64,000 bases of DNA from Diplonema japonicum (Eukaryota; Protista; Euglenozoa: Diplonemea), in NCBI GenBank assembly GCA_964019335.1, contig OZ025699.1, positions 62,001 through 126,000 of the forward strand. Reading direction: 5' to 3'. The notes beneath the pieces were generated by a model. It was not told the origin of the DNA and made no database searches. It saw nothing but the letters and a program-made list of their open reading frames with translations. This document shows, in pieces, positions 43,461 through 54,821 of the stretch. Both the position numbers and the translations under genes were made by a program. Position 1 is the first letter of the stretch; each line of letters opens with the position of its first letter.

Positions 43461-43949
43461 TCTGCCTTTGTGGTCACCCCTACCTTCAGGTCTTCGAAGA
43501 TAGGGTTGTACGACTTGGGGGGGGCCGGCCCTAACAGACCTTACGTCGCCACCACTAACGCCTTGTCCCGTTTGGACACCCCTATACGTGCGGGGCCGGC
43601 CAGGATTTAGCCGCGAGTTGTAGCCAAGTCGTACGAGCTTCCTTCGCGCAGAGAGATGACATTGCTGTGACCCGTTGTCGTCGTCGTCGTCGTCGTCGTG
43701 TATTATTTTTTTTTTATTTTTATATTTTCTTTTTGTTGTTTTTTTTTTTTCTCTTGTTCTTTTATTTTCTTTATGTTTTTTTTTTTGTTTTTGTTTTTTT
43801 TTTTATGGTTTTTTTTTTTTTTTTTTTTATTATTTTTTTTTTTGTAGACGAATTGGGGGGTTGGGGGCTTAATAGGGAAACACTTTCTTTTTTCTTTTTT
43901 TTTTCTTTCTTATCTATTATGGTAAAATGGAAAAAACTTATCACCTTTT

Positions 43950-45332
43950 TCACCTCTTCTTTGATTTTCCGCCTTTCCCGGACTTCTTCGCTGTGTCCGG
44001 TGTGCTCGGTGTCGGCGATGTCGAGGTGGAGGAGGAGGTTGTCCCCTTCGAACCCTTCGAGCCCCCTGGTGCGTAGGGCGCTGCCTTCAGCGACACCTTT
44101 GCAGAGGCCCATTCCTGGCCCCTGCGCCTTCCTGGTTTTGCTCCGGCGGGAGTGTCTTCCAACTCCGTTTCCGAGCCCGAGGATGGCTGGTGTTGCTGTG
44201 GGGTGTTCGGTTCCAGCTCCGGTCCGATGAATTTGGACGGTGTCGGGGCTGTGGGTGTGGCGGTGGTTTGGGCCTTTTTGGCCTTTAGGGCCGTTCTTCT
44301 GGCGGTGTCCCTCGCGTCCCGCTCCTCCTGCTTGGCCATCATGGCACGCACCCCTTTCTCCAGAGCCTCCTGTTGACTCCTCAGCTGCTCCATCAGAGCC
44401 GGGAGGCTGGTCCTGATCTCTGCCAGACCCTCTCCCTGCTTCCGCAGCTCCTCCCCCTGCACACTTACCTGTTTCTGCAGGGGTTGGATGCTGGTCTGGA
44501 CGGCTGCCAGTCCTTCCCCCTGCTTCAGCACCGCCTCCCCTTGCGCACTGACCTGTTTCTGCAGGGCCGGGTAACTGGACTGTGCTTCTGCCAGAGACGT
44601 CCTCTGTCTCTGCAGTTCCTCTCTCTGCGCGGTGATCTCCTGTCTCTGCGCCGAGAGTTCGGCCCTCTGCGCCGCAACTTCTTGATGCAGATTCTGCATC
44701 TGGGCTACCATATCTGGCGAGATTGTTGCCTGTTGTTGCTGTTGTTGGGGGGGCTCCTGTGTGTTTTTTTGGGGTGTGGCGGTCCTCTTCCTCCACTCTT
44801 CTACTGCCTTGCAGTAGAGCTGCCACCCTACCGACCGGCCGTAGAATTCCAGAAATTCTTCTGGGCTGTACCTGTCTTGGTGGACTTTTGTTCTTTTTTT
44901 TTTTTCTTCCCCCTTCCTCGACCACTTCTTCCCTCCTGCAGCCCTGGACTCCAGGGGGTCGGCCACCTTTATCGCCGGCAGGACTTCTGCCGTGGCGCCG
45001 TTCACCTTGATGCAGGTGTGGTGGGGGGGGGTGCGTGCGGTGTAGAGGAGGAAGGACGCGCCTTCCGTCGTCAGGATGACGACCTTCTCGGTCTGCTCTG
45101 AGACCGTTGCTGCGAGAATCGCAGCTGCGCCCTTCTCCTCCACTCCCTTCGGCAGCGGACCGATGATCCAGTTGCCCTTCCGCACCTCGTCCTTTTTCTC
45201 CTTCTTCTTCTCTTCTTCTTCTTCGAATACCAGATTTAACTCTGGCATCGCCGCGGCGTCTTCGTCCACCTGCATCTGCAGGCTGTCCAGTGGGGGCCTC
45301 GTGGAGGCGTCCGCGCTGGTCTGCTGATCCAT
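43950..45332 (-). CDS. Family B ORF1 (possible RRM-like region plus coiled coil)
   Basis: 460-aa ORF upstream of ORF2 with Gln/Glu heptads and a basic C-terminus. Confidence 0.75.
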   Translation of the reverse strand: MDQQTSADASTRPPLDSLQMQVDEDAAAMPELNLVFEEEEEKKKEKKDEVRKGNWIIGPLPKGVEEKGAAAILAATVSEQTEKVVILTTEGASFLLYTARTPPHHTCIKVNGATAEVLPAIKVADPLESRAAGGKKWSRKGEEKKKRTKVHQDRYSPEEFLEFYGRSVGWQLYCKAVEEWRKRTATPQKNTQEPPQQQQQQATISPDMVAQMQNLHQEVAAQRAELSAQRQEITAQREELQRQRTSLAEAQSSYPALQKQVSAQGEAVLKQGEGLAAVQTSIQPLQKQVSVQGEELRKQGEGLAEIRTSLPALMEQLRSQQEALEKGVRAMMAKQEERDARDTARRTALKAKKAQTTATPTAPTPSKFIGPELEPNTPQQHQPSSGSETELEDTPAGAKPGRRRGQEWASAKVSLKAAPYAPGGSKGSKGTTSSSTSTSPTPSTPDTAKKSGKGGKSKKR

Positions 45333-45391
45333 TTTTATAAATTTTTATTAAAATTTATTATGTGATAGTGTATCAGACCCCCCACCTAACC

Positions 45392-45833
45392 TTTTTTTTT
45401 TTTTTTTTTCAAAATACCAATGCAGGGCCGCCATGGAGAGCAACACCTGAGAAAAGGAAAAAAAAGGTGAAGGGAAACCATGGGGAAATAGGGAGGGCAA
45501 TGGACCAGGCTTCTGCAAGCAGGAGGAGCCCTGGTCCCCCACCAACCCGTGCTCTGCTTTGGGACAGCCGAAGAGGGCTGAATTACATTATTCCCTCAGT
45601 CAAGTGAGAGAAAAACGGGGGCCTACCTTCCAGCTGGATGTCCTTCTTTGGCTGGAACCTCCGGCGGAAAGCCCCCCAGGGAGGTATTGCTCCTATTGAG
45701 CGAATCATTGGTGAGTGTGAAACTAAAAGAAAGGGGAAATGGGAAACAGTGAGAGGAAGGGGAAGGAAGGGAAAGGAAGGGAAAGGAAGGGAAAGGGGAA
45801 ACACAACATTCCATTTAACACACACACACGGGG
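45392..45833 (-). mobile_element. LINE family A 3' UTR-only copy
   Basis: Matches the A 3' UTR; poly(A) abuts the B 5' end. Confidence 0.9.
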
Positions 45834-45905
45834 AACTAAAAGTGTCTCGAGTTCCTCTCCTTGGAAGGTGTTATTAGTTGGAGCTTGAGGGAGAAGAAAA
45901 AGAAA

Positions 45906-45977
45906 CATCCGTGGCAGGACTCGAACCTGCAACCGCCTGATTCGTAGTCAGGCGCTCTTCCATTGAGCCACACGGAC
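45906..45977 (-). tRNA. tRNA-Arg(ACG)
   Basis: gtccgtg/cacggat acceptor; cctga-ctACGaa-tcagg; ggttcgagtcc. Confidence 0.93.
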
Positions 45978-45978
45978 C

Positions 45979-46426
45979 TTTTTTTTTTTTTTTTTTTTTT
46001 TTCAAAATACCAATGCAGGGCCGCCATGGAGAGCAACACCTGAGAAAAGGGAAAAAAAAGGTGAAGGGAAACCATGGGGAAATAGGGAGGGCAAAGGACC
46101 AGGCTTCTGCAAGCAGGAGGAGCCCTGGTCCCCCACCAACCCGTGCTCTGCTTTGGGACAGCCGAAGAGGGCTGAATTACATTATTCCCTCAGTCAAGTG
46201 AGAGAAAAACGGGGGCCTACCTTCCAGCTGGATGTCCTTCTTTGGCTGGAACCTCCGGCGGAAAGCCCCCCAGGGAGGTATTGCTCCTATTGAGCGAATC
46301 ATTGGTGAGTGTGAAAATAAAATAAAAAGGGGAAATGGGAAACAGTGAGAGGAAGGTGAAGGAAGGGAAAGGAAGGGAAAGGAAAGTGGAAAACACAACA
46401 TTTCACTTTACACACACGCGGGCGAT
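45979..46426 (-). mobile_element. LINE family A 3' UTR-only copy
   Basis: Poly(A) 45979-46002 directly upstream of tRNA-Arg(ACG). Confidence 0.9.
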
Positions 46427-46427
46427 G

Positions 46428-46695
46428 AAATTAACGTCCCGAGGGACGGGTTGCACTTGCCCCTGTACCCTATGGCTCCTCCTAACGGGCTGCTGGGAGA
46501 ATTGAACCGACGCTACTAGAAGGCTGCCCATGCGCTAACCAACTAGACCACGATCGACCCCAAATTAACGTCCCGAGGGACGGGTTGCACTTGCCCCTGT
46601 ACCCTATGGCTCCTCCTAACGGGCTGCTGGGAGAATTGAACCGACGCTACTAGAAGGCTGCCCATGCGCTAACCAACTAGACCACGATCGATCCC
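46428..46695 (-). ncRNA. Two tandem 134-nt copies of an unidentified Pol III (A/B-box) RNA or tRNA-derived SINE
   Basis: A box tggtctagttgg, B box ggttcaattc, 3' hairpin cgtccc-tc-gggacg, ends aattt; no cloverleaf. Confidence 0.65.
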
Positions 46696-46700
46696 AGAAA

Positions 46701-47801
46701 TTTTTTTTTTTTCTTTTTTTTTTTTTTTCAAAATACCAATGCAGGGCCGCCATGGAGAGCAACACCTGAGAAAAGGGAAAATAAAAAGGTGAAGGGAAAC
46801 CATGGGGAAATAGGGAGGGCAAAGGACCAGGCTTCTGCAAGCAGGAGGAGCCCTGGTCCCCCACCAACCCGTGCTCTGCTTTGGGACAGCCGAAGAGGGC
46901 TGAATTACATTATTCCCTCAGTCAAGTGAGAGAAAAACGGGGGCCTACCTTCCAGCTGGATGTCCTTCTTTGGCTGGAACCTCCGGCGGAAAGCCCCCCA
47001 GGGAGGTATTGCTCCTATTGAGCGAATCATTGGTGAGTGTGAAATAAAAGGGGAAATGGGAAACAGTGAGAGGAAGGAGAAGGAAGGGAAAGGAAGGGAA
47101 GGGAAGGGAAAGGAAGGGAAGGGAAAGGAAAGTGGGAAACACAACATTCCATTTAACACACACACACGGGGCGATCCCTTAGCGCAGCACGGGGGCCGCG
47201 GGACCGGCGTCAAGAGAGACCGGAGGAGGAGGCGGCACGTTTGAAGGTGCAGTGACGTCTGTAGACGCCAGGGATGATGGCGAGGTGAACAGTCCGGAGC
47301 GTGACCAGGCGAGCAGGCCAGACTCAACAATGAGGTCGTAGATCTGGGTCACGCGTCTCGACAGGGAGAACGCTAGGGAGGGAGTACCAGCAGGAGTGTC
47401 GATCGCCCCCCTCCCGATCACAGGGCACCCACCGACAACATGCTCCCTGGACATCGGTGCTGCGTGGCAGGCTGGGCACCGGAGCACACCCTTGTGCTTC
47501 CTGTTCGGGCCAGCAGTCTGCAGGAAGCCGAAGAAGAGAGCCGAGTGACCAATCCGCAGCCGCGAGATGACCGTTTCAGCTTGTCTGGGGAAGCCAAGGG
47601 GGAAGTGCGCAGACCGAAGCTCGGTCGCCACCGCGTAGTTGTGGGCGAGGGATGTTATGAGCTCCGTGGACCTCCGCACCACCCACCGTCGCACCAGGGC
47701 CCTCACTGATCGGTAGTCAAGGGAGGGCCTGTCCTGCTTCCGCTTCGTTCCCTCCCCGGCCAGAGCGTCAGCCTTCTCGTTCCCGTCCACCCCACAGTGG
47801 G
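46701..47801 (-). mobile_element. LINE family A 5'-truncated copy (RNase H end to poly(A))
   Basis: Matches 37366-38443. Confidence 0.92.
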
Positions 47802-47845
47802 CCGCCTGATTCGTAGTCAGGCGCTCTTCCATTGAGCCACACGGA

Positions 47846-47846
<1 letters not shown>
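47802..47846 (-). pseudogene. 5' 45 nt of tRNA-Arg(ACG), fused to a truncated family A copy
   Basis: Identical to 45933-45977; T arm and 3' acceptor missing. Confidence 0.88.
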
Positions 47847-47847
<1 letters not shown>

Positions 47848-47876
<29 letters not shown>

Positions 47877-50800
47877 CAAAATACCAATGCAGGGCCGCCA
47901 TGGAGAGCAACACCTGAGAAAAGGGAAAAAAAAGGTGAAGGGAAACCATGGGGAAATAGGGAGGGCAATGGACCAGGCTTCTGCAAGCAGGAGGAGCCCT
48001 GGTCCCCCACCAACCCGTGCTCTGCTTTGGGACAGCCGAAGAGGGCTGAATTACATTATTCCCTCAGTCAAGTGAGAGAAAAACGGGGGCCTACCTTCCA
48101 GCTGGATGTCCTTCTTTGGCTGGAACCTCCGGCGGAAAGCCCCCCAGGGAGGTATTGCTCCTATTGAGCGAATCATTGGTGAGTGTGAAACTAAAAGAAA
48201 GGGGAAATGGGAAACAGTGAGAGGAAGGTGAAGGAAGGGAAAGGAAGGGAAAGGAAGGGAAAGGAAGGGAAAGGAAAGTGGAAAACACAACATTTCACTT
48301 TACACACACGCGGGCGATCCCTTAGCGCAGCACGGGGGCCGCGGGACCGGCGTCAAGAGAGACCGGAGGAGGGGGCGGCACGTTTGAAGGTGCAGTGACG
48401 TCTGTAGACGCCAGGGATGATGGCGAGGTGAACAGTCCGGAGCGTGACCAGGCGAGCAGGCCAGACTCAACAGTGAGGTCGTAGATCTGGGTCACGCGTC
48501 TCGACAGGGAGAAGGCTAGGGAGGGAGTACCAGCAGGAGTGTCGATCGCCCCCCTCCCGATCACAGGGCACCCACCGACAACATGCTCCCTGGACATCGG
48601 TGCTGCGTGGCAGGCTGGGCACCGGAGCACACCCTTGTGCTTCCTGTTCGGGCCAGCAGTCTGCAGGAAGCCGAAGAAGAGAGCCGAGTGACCAATCCGC
48701 AGCCGCGAGATGACCGTTTCAGCTTGTCTGGGGAAGCCAAGGGGGAAGTGCGCGGACCGAAGCTCGGTCGCCACCGCGTAGTTGTGGGCGAGGGATGTTA
48801 TGAGCTCCGCGGACCTCCGCACCACCCACCGTCGCACCAGGGCCCTCACTGATCGGTAGTCAAGGGAGGGCCTGTCCTGCTTCCGCTTCGTTCCCTCCAC
48901 GGCCAGAGCGTCAGCCTTCTCGTTCCCGTCCACCCCACAGTGGGAGGGCACAAACTGGAGGACCACCGGTGTCCCCTGCGTGCGCGCCGCGGACACCAGC
49001 CGGCTCCACGTCTGGTGGTCGAGCTTCTCCCTCTGTCGCGTTGGGCCAGCTCGCAGCTGCTCGACGAGGGAGAGGGAGTCGGTGCAGATCGACAGCGGGG
49101 ACTTCGCCAGCGAAGGGTGTGTTTTTCGGAGGGTAGCCACCATATCCAGCGCCGTTTTCACAGCCATGCCCTCTGCCCGAAAAGATGAACAGAAGTCGTT
49201 GACGCCATGGCACACAGACACAGGGGTCAGGGGGGGAGGCAGCTGCAGATAAACCCCAGAGCCACCTTTCGCCTTCTGTCCGACCTGTACAACCGAGCCA
49301 TCCGTGTAGGCATGGATGCCCGGGGGGAGAGCCGCAAGAGCAGCCTCGGCCGCCTTCCGCCTGTCCGCGTCTGGCGACGATCGCGTGACCCCGCCGGGGA
49401 GGTCAGTCCTGAAGTCGACCATGCCTGTCTGCCACGGGGCCGCCAGGGGCGTAGCCGACAGGTACTCGAAGTGCACCTTTGGTTCCAACCCGCATCGACG
49501 CAGTGCTTGGTAGCCAGAGCGCAGCCACCCACACCCCAGCCTGTTCGCCTGCTTCAGCTTGACCGTCTCCCTGTGAACCGGGGAAGACTGCCAGCAGAAG
49601 GCCTTCGCCGTCATCGTCGCCGCAGCACCCTCAGCCATTCTTTCGAGGGGAAGCAGTCCTGCCTCAGCTAGGAGCTTGTACCCTCCGGAGCCACTCCAGC
49701 AGCCCGTGATCAGCACCGCCGCCTCCTGGTGAAGCCCAGCCAGGTCCTTCCTCCCGACATCATCGAGCCTGCTGTAGTAGACCCCCATGCAGTAGCGCAG
49801 CAGCGGGAGGATGTACGTAACGTAGAGAGACCGCAGAGTGTCCCTCTTGCTGCCCCAGGACGTGCCGGACAAGAGCTTCAGCACCCTCAGCCTTTTGCTG
49901 GCCCGCCGTAGGATGTCCTGTGCGTGTTCACCGAACGTGAGCCCAGAGTCCACCGTAACCCCAAGGTACCTCGCGTGTTCAGACAGAGGCAGGGGACGGG
50001 CCGCAACGTAGTCCACGTCGGGCCGTCGCACGGCTGCATGCATGTCCCGCACGCAGCGGATCCGCACACCACCCGCCTCCACAACCTGAAGGCCCGCCAG
50101 CTCCTGGTCCCCGGAGATCGTGCCATCGGCGTTCACCCCCAGGCCGAAGAGTGGGTTCTGGAAGGCACCTGGCTGAAGGGGGACTCGTGACGAAGTGAAG
50201 TAGACCCCGAGACGTTTCTGGGGGGGGACGCAGACTGCCTGCGTCTTGGACGTGCTCAGCAGCATGTCACGCTCCCTGCACCAGTCCTCAACCGCATCCA
50301 CCACTGCCTGCGCCTTCCGCTCCAGCCCAGCCACGTCCCCTTGTCCAGAGGAGATCACAACCGCCACGTCGTCGGCGTAGAGCACCGAGACGTCCGCCAG
50401 TCCCTCCAGTCTCCTGGCGAGTTCGTCGAACGTAGATGGTGTACAGGATGGGACCCAAGACAGAGCCCTGGGGGACACCCCGTCGCACCTTCGTCGTCGA
50501 CCCCCTCGACCGTCCAATCGTGACCGCAGCAGTACGGCCGCATAGAAAGGACCGCGTCCACTCCACGAAGGGTTCGGGGAGACCCTTCCCTCGCATCTTG
50601 TCCAGCAGGGCACCATGGGGCACCAGGTCGAAGGCAGAAGAGAAGTCGAACAGCAGAGCGGCCGAGAGACGTCGATCGTCTTTGTTCCTCGACATGCACT
50701 CAGTGAGGGTTGCCACCTGCTCCTCCGTGGAGCGGCCGCGTCTGAAACCAGCCTGGCTGTCGTGGAGTCCCTCGACTCCCGTCCCGTCCGCGTCAAGAAG

Positions 50801-53800
50801 AAACGTGAGCCTCTCCTCGATCATCCTCTCCAGCAGCTTGCAGAGGCAGCTGGTCAGGCAGATCGGCCGGTAGGAAGCCAAGAGAGTCGCATCTTTTCCA
50901 GGTTTCGGTACCGGGACGATCACTCCCTTCTTCCAGGCACCGGGGACGACACCCATCAGCCAGGAGCGATTGAGGAGTAGAAGGAGGACGCCGAGGGAGT
51001 CCGAGTTCAGGTGTAGGAGCATCTCCGAGAAGATTCCGTCTTCCCCGGCCGCGCTGCGCGTCTTCATCCTTCTCAGGCCGCGGGTGAGGTCGTCCACGGT
51101 GAACGCTTGACACCCGAGTCTGCTTGCAGAAGGAGCGGCGTCCTTCGAGTTCCCGTCACCACGCCTGCCGTAGAGCTTAGCGAAGTGCGCCCCCAGCCGG
51201 TCGGCCTTCGCCTTGTCCGACACAAATCTTCCCTCGAGTACAGGAAGGTGTGTCTTTCGGTGCCTGCCGTCCAGCTTCTTCACCGCTCTGAACGCAGCCC
51301 CGAGGTCCTTGCTCCGGCTGAGGTCGGCCGCCATCCTTCCCCATGCCTCACGCTTCGTCTCGTCAAGAAGTCGGTTGACTTCTTTCACCTTCGCCCTGTA
51401 CTCCTCCACCACGTCCGCCTCTTGAAGCAGGAGTTCGCGCAGGGTGTTCCGCTCTTCGAAGGCGTCCTCGAGCTCAGCAGTCCACCAGGGGGTCGGGCCA
51501 CGTCGCATCCCACAGAAGGGAATGTGGTCGTTCGCCGCAGTCAAAAGGGCTTGTGTAAACCCCTTCGTGACAGAGTCAATCGGAGCCGCCGTGTCAACAC
51601 CAGCAAGCAGGCGGGCAACAGCAGCAGTGTAGTCGTCCCACCTGGCTTTTTTGAAATTCCAGGTGGGGAAGGGGCGCTCCGAACGGTAGACGTCCTCAAG
51701 AGGCAGGTGAAAGGATACGGGACTATGATCGGAGCCCCACGTGCCCAGCGTCTTCGGCTCAAGCTTCGCGCAGCGCCCCACAACCAGGTCCAGAACGTGT
51801 CGTGACGAGTCCCTCGTCGGTTCGTTGCGGTCGTTGTAGACGGAGTACCCGTGGGTGTCCAGCCAGTCCCTGACCACGTTCCCCCTCTCGTTCGGCGTCG
51901 TCACCGTGGCGTCCCAGGAGCTGTGGTGAGCATTGAAGTCACCCGCTATGACTGTGTTCTTCCCCATGGGAAGGCTGCCAGGCCGCAGGTACTCAGGGTC
52001 CCTCGTGCCTCTGCTCGCGCTTACCGGTGTAAGGTAAACGTTGGAGAGAGTGATCGGCTCACGCTTCTCGCAGGAGATCCTCACATCCAGTCTCTCAGTG
52101 ACACAGTCCCCAGCCGGGAGTACGTGCGGAACCTCCTCCGAGGCAAGATCGTCGCGGACATACGTGACAATACCACCACCCCTCGTCGCAGTGCCGTCAG
52201 TCACCGGTGTCAACCGATCCCTCCTGTATGACCTGTACCCAGGCAGGTGTGGCGTGTCGTGCCCTTCCCTCAGGTGCGTCTCCTGTATCATGATGATGTC
52301 CAGCGACAAGAAGTCAGCATGGCGAGATACGACGGTCCATTTCGCAACGAGGCCGTTGCAGTTCCACGAGACAACCTTGAGACCCTTAGGCGACGGGGGC
52401 GGCAGCTTCTTGGGTGGGCCAGGGTTTGTTTCGACCAGCCCAAGCAGCCCCAGCAGGTCCCTGACGGACATCCTCCCGAGTAGGGTGGGGATCAGTGCAG
52501 AAAAGTCGGTGAAGAAACAGAGAGGTAGGAGTCTCCTGGGGAGGATGCGAGGGAGACTAGGAGAGGGAGCATGGTCGTGGATCTGCTGCTCCCCCTGTTC
52601 TGCGGGGCCCCTTCAATTGGATGGACCCATGGAGGCAGAGCGCCCCTTGACCCCATTGGTGAAGAGATCTTTGGTCTCCGCGAACGACCTGGCCCGCCCC
52701 CTCGTACCCAGGTTCGTCACCGCAGCCTCAGAGGTCGTAGCGAGAGGAGGAGCCCCCTTCTTCCCCTTCCCCTTCCCTTTCCAGACACTGTCGTGTGTCG
52801 TCGTCGCCCCCGGTGTAGGGTCCCGCGGCACTGCCGTTCCCGTCGTCAGCGTGGCCGCCTGCGGCAGGAGGAGGCGGAGCGTCGTCCGCAGATCGGAGAT
52901 CATCTCCTGCTGAGAGTCGATCGTCCTCTGCAGCCCGACGATCGACTCCTTCAGCGTGGCGACGAGCTCAGTGAGAGCGGCGACCTCAGGCGACCCGGAA
53001 GGGACTCCCTCCTTGTTTCCCGCAGACACGTTGCGGGGCGGTGTAGGGGACGTCACAGTGTCGAGCTGGGGGGGAGCCACCGAGCTCGGTATGGACGCCC
53101 ACGGGCTGGTGGGAGGAAGCCCAGTTGCTTTCACCGCAGGGCCAGTCTCCGAGGGTGTCGACGCCGATACAGGTGCCGGGTCAGGTACAGGTGTAGTAGG
53201 CGCAGGTGCAGGCACATGAGAAGATGTGGGTGCCGGGGTCGAGGACGTTGCAAGCGCAGGTGCAGATGCAGGTGTCGTCCTGTTGATGAGAGGGGGCGGC
53301 TTGACGGTCGGGTGGTCGTCCGCATCACGGAGGCAGACAAGGCGCCCCCCAAGGAGCCACGTCCTGGACTTCGGGGGCGGGCTGTCGACGACGATGAAGA
53401 ACACGAGTTGCCTCGTGCCCTGGAACAAAGGTGATGGATGCCGTAGGTAACGCGGAGCACACGACCCCCATTCCGGAGGGATCGTCGAGCGCAATGACAG
53501 CGCGGGATGTTTCCGTCGGGGGGGACACGTTGGTGTAGATCGGGGCGTCCCATGTGTCTGGCACCAGGTCCCATCGCGGGGTTGTGGAAGGGGCAGGGGC
53601 AGGGTCGTCCTCCATCTCCTCAGGGCCAGAGCTGGTGTCAGAGTCTGAGCTGAGGAGGAGCGTGCCTTGGTCTGTTGACGCGTTGGCGGAAGCGTTCGCG
53701 ACTGCTTCGTCCTCGACCTTCTGGGCATCTGCCTTCTTGGCGGCCGCCAACCTCAAAGCTTCCTCCTTTTTGGCAGCGGCTGCGGCGGCTTCCTTTTCGG

Positions 53801-54821
53801 CGGCGGCGGTGGCTGCGACCTTCTTCTTCTCCTCGGCGGCGGCGGCTGCGGCTGCGGTCTCCTTCTCGGCGGCGGCGGCTGCAGCTTGCTTCCTGGCGGC
53901 GTCGGCTGCGGCCTTCCTCTCGGCGGCGGCGGCGGCAGCGGCTTTCTTCTCGGCGGCGGCCTTCTCCTCGGCGGCGGCGGCGGCTGCTGCTTTCTTCTCG
54001 GCGGCGGCGGCGGCTGCGGCTTTCTTCTTCTCGGCTGCAGCGGCTGCGGCTGTAGCCTTCTTCTCCTCGGCTGCTTTCGTCTCGGCCGCAGCACGCGCAG
54101 CCTCCTTCTCCTCTGCCGCAAGTCGTGCAGTAGACCGCTCGCGCAGAGCCTTCTCCTCAGCCTCGACTGCTCTGCGAGCAGCCTCCACACCAGCCACGCG
54201 TGCAGCTTCCGTCTCGGCTGCCATTTTGACAACAGCAGCATCAGCCACCTCCTGCGCAGCCTTCACCTTAGCAGCTATTTCTGCAGCTACCACGTCGGCC
54301 GACTCGCGTGCAGCTTCCAAATCAGCAGCGATTCCCGCGAGTTCGACGTCGGCCGCAGTGCGTGCGGCTTCGAGGGGGTGTGTGGCGTCAGCTATGTGTG
54401 CGGCTTCGGCGGCAGCGTCAGCGCGCGCGGCTCTGGCGGCCTTCCTCCTAGCTTTTTTGCTGGAGGTCGGGGTGGCGACGCTGGCGTCAGGCGAAACCGG
54501 CCTTTTGACGGAGCCGGTCGGGGTGGAGGCGACAGGTGTCGCTGGGCCGGCTGTAGCGGCGGCGGCGTCGGGCGTGAGGAGGTCAATTACGGTGACCACC
54601 CCCGTCATCTTCTCCCGGTGCTCCGGCGTCAGGAGCTGCCCCAGCTCCCCGGCTGCTCCAGCGCTGCGGAGCATCCTCTCCACCCGCCGCTCCTCCCTGG
54701 CCTTGGACTGGGCCAGCTGCGTGCTGGCCCCGTTCCCTTCCGGCTTTGCCTTCTCCTTGTGCTTGTCTTTCTTCTTGCCCATTTTTCTTTTCTTTTCTTT
54801 TCTTTCGAATTCCTGACCTGC
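47848..54821 (-). mobile_element. LINE family A copy 2, apparently full length (~7 kb), with frameshifts in ORF1 (~53420) and ORF2 (~50430)
   Basis: ORF1 from ATG 54782 to 52613; ORF2 52471-48322 with one extra base (gtcgaacgtag vs gtcgacgtag). Confidence 0.93.
52613..54782 (-). pseudogene. Family A ORF1: Ala/Glu/Lys-rich helix, RRM-like segment, Pro/Thr linker, short coiled coil (split by frameshift)
   Basis: Overlapping ORFs 53325-54983 and 52613-53728; C-terminus identical to 33407-33697. Confidence 0.7.

Larger units (their letters stand above)
38642..45391 (-). mobile_element. LINE family B, apparently full length (ORF1, ORF2, long 3' UTR, (TTA)n(A)n tail)
   Basis: Two intact ORFs; tail 38642-38665. 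Confidence 0.9.

Noticed and set aside
47179-47949. 256-aa ORF as a chimeric gene
   Set aside because: Chance open frame through a 3' UTR, poly(A), half tRNA and truncated ORF2
33352-54821. Target-site duplications around family A/B copies
   Set aside because: Sequence after each poly(A) does not match sequence before the 5' end by eye, so none is called
54782-54821. Ingi/L1Tc 77-nt signature (HDV-like ribozyme) at element 5' ends
   Set aside because: The A 5' UTR is ~40 nt and A-rich and the B 5' UTR is AT-rich; no such motif is visible
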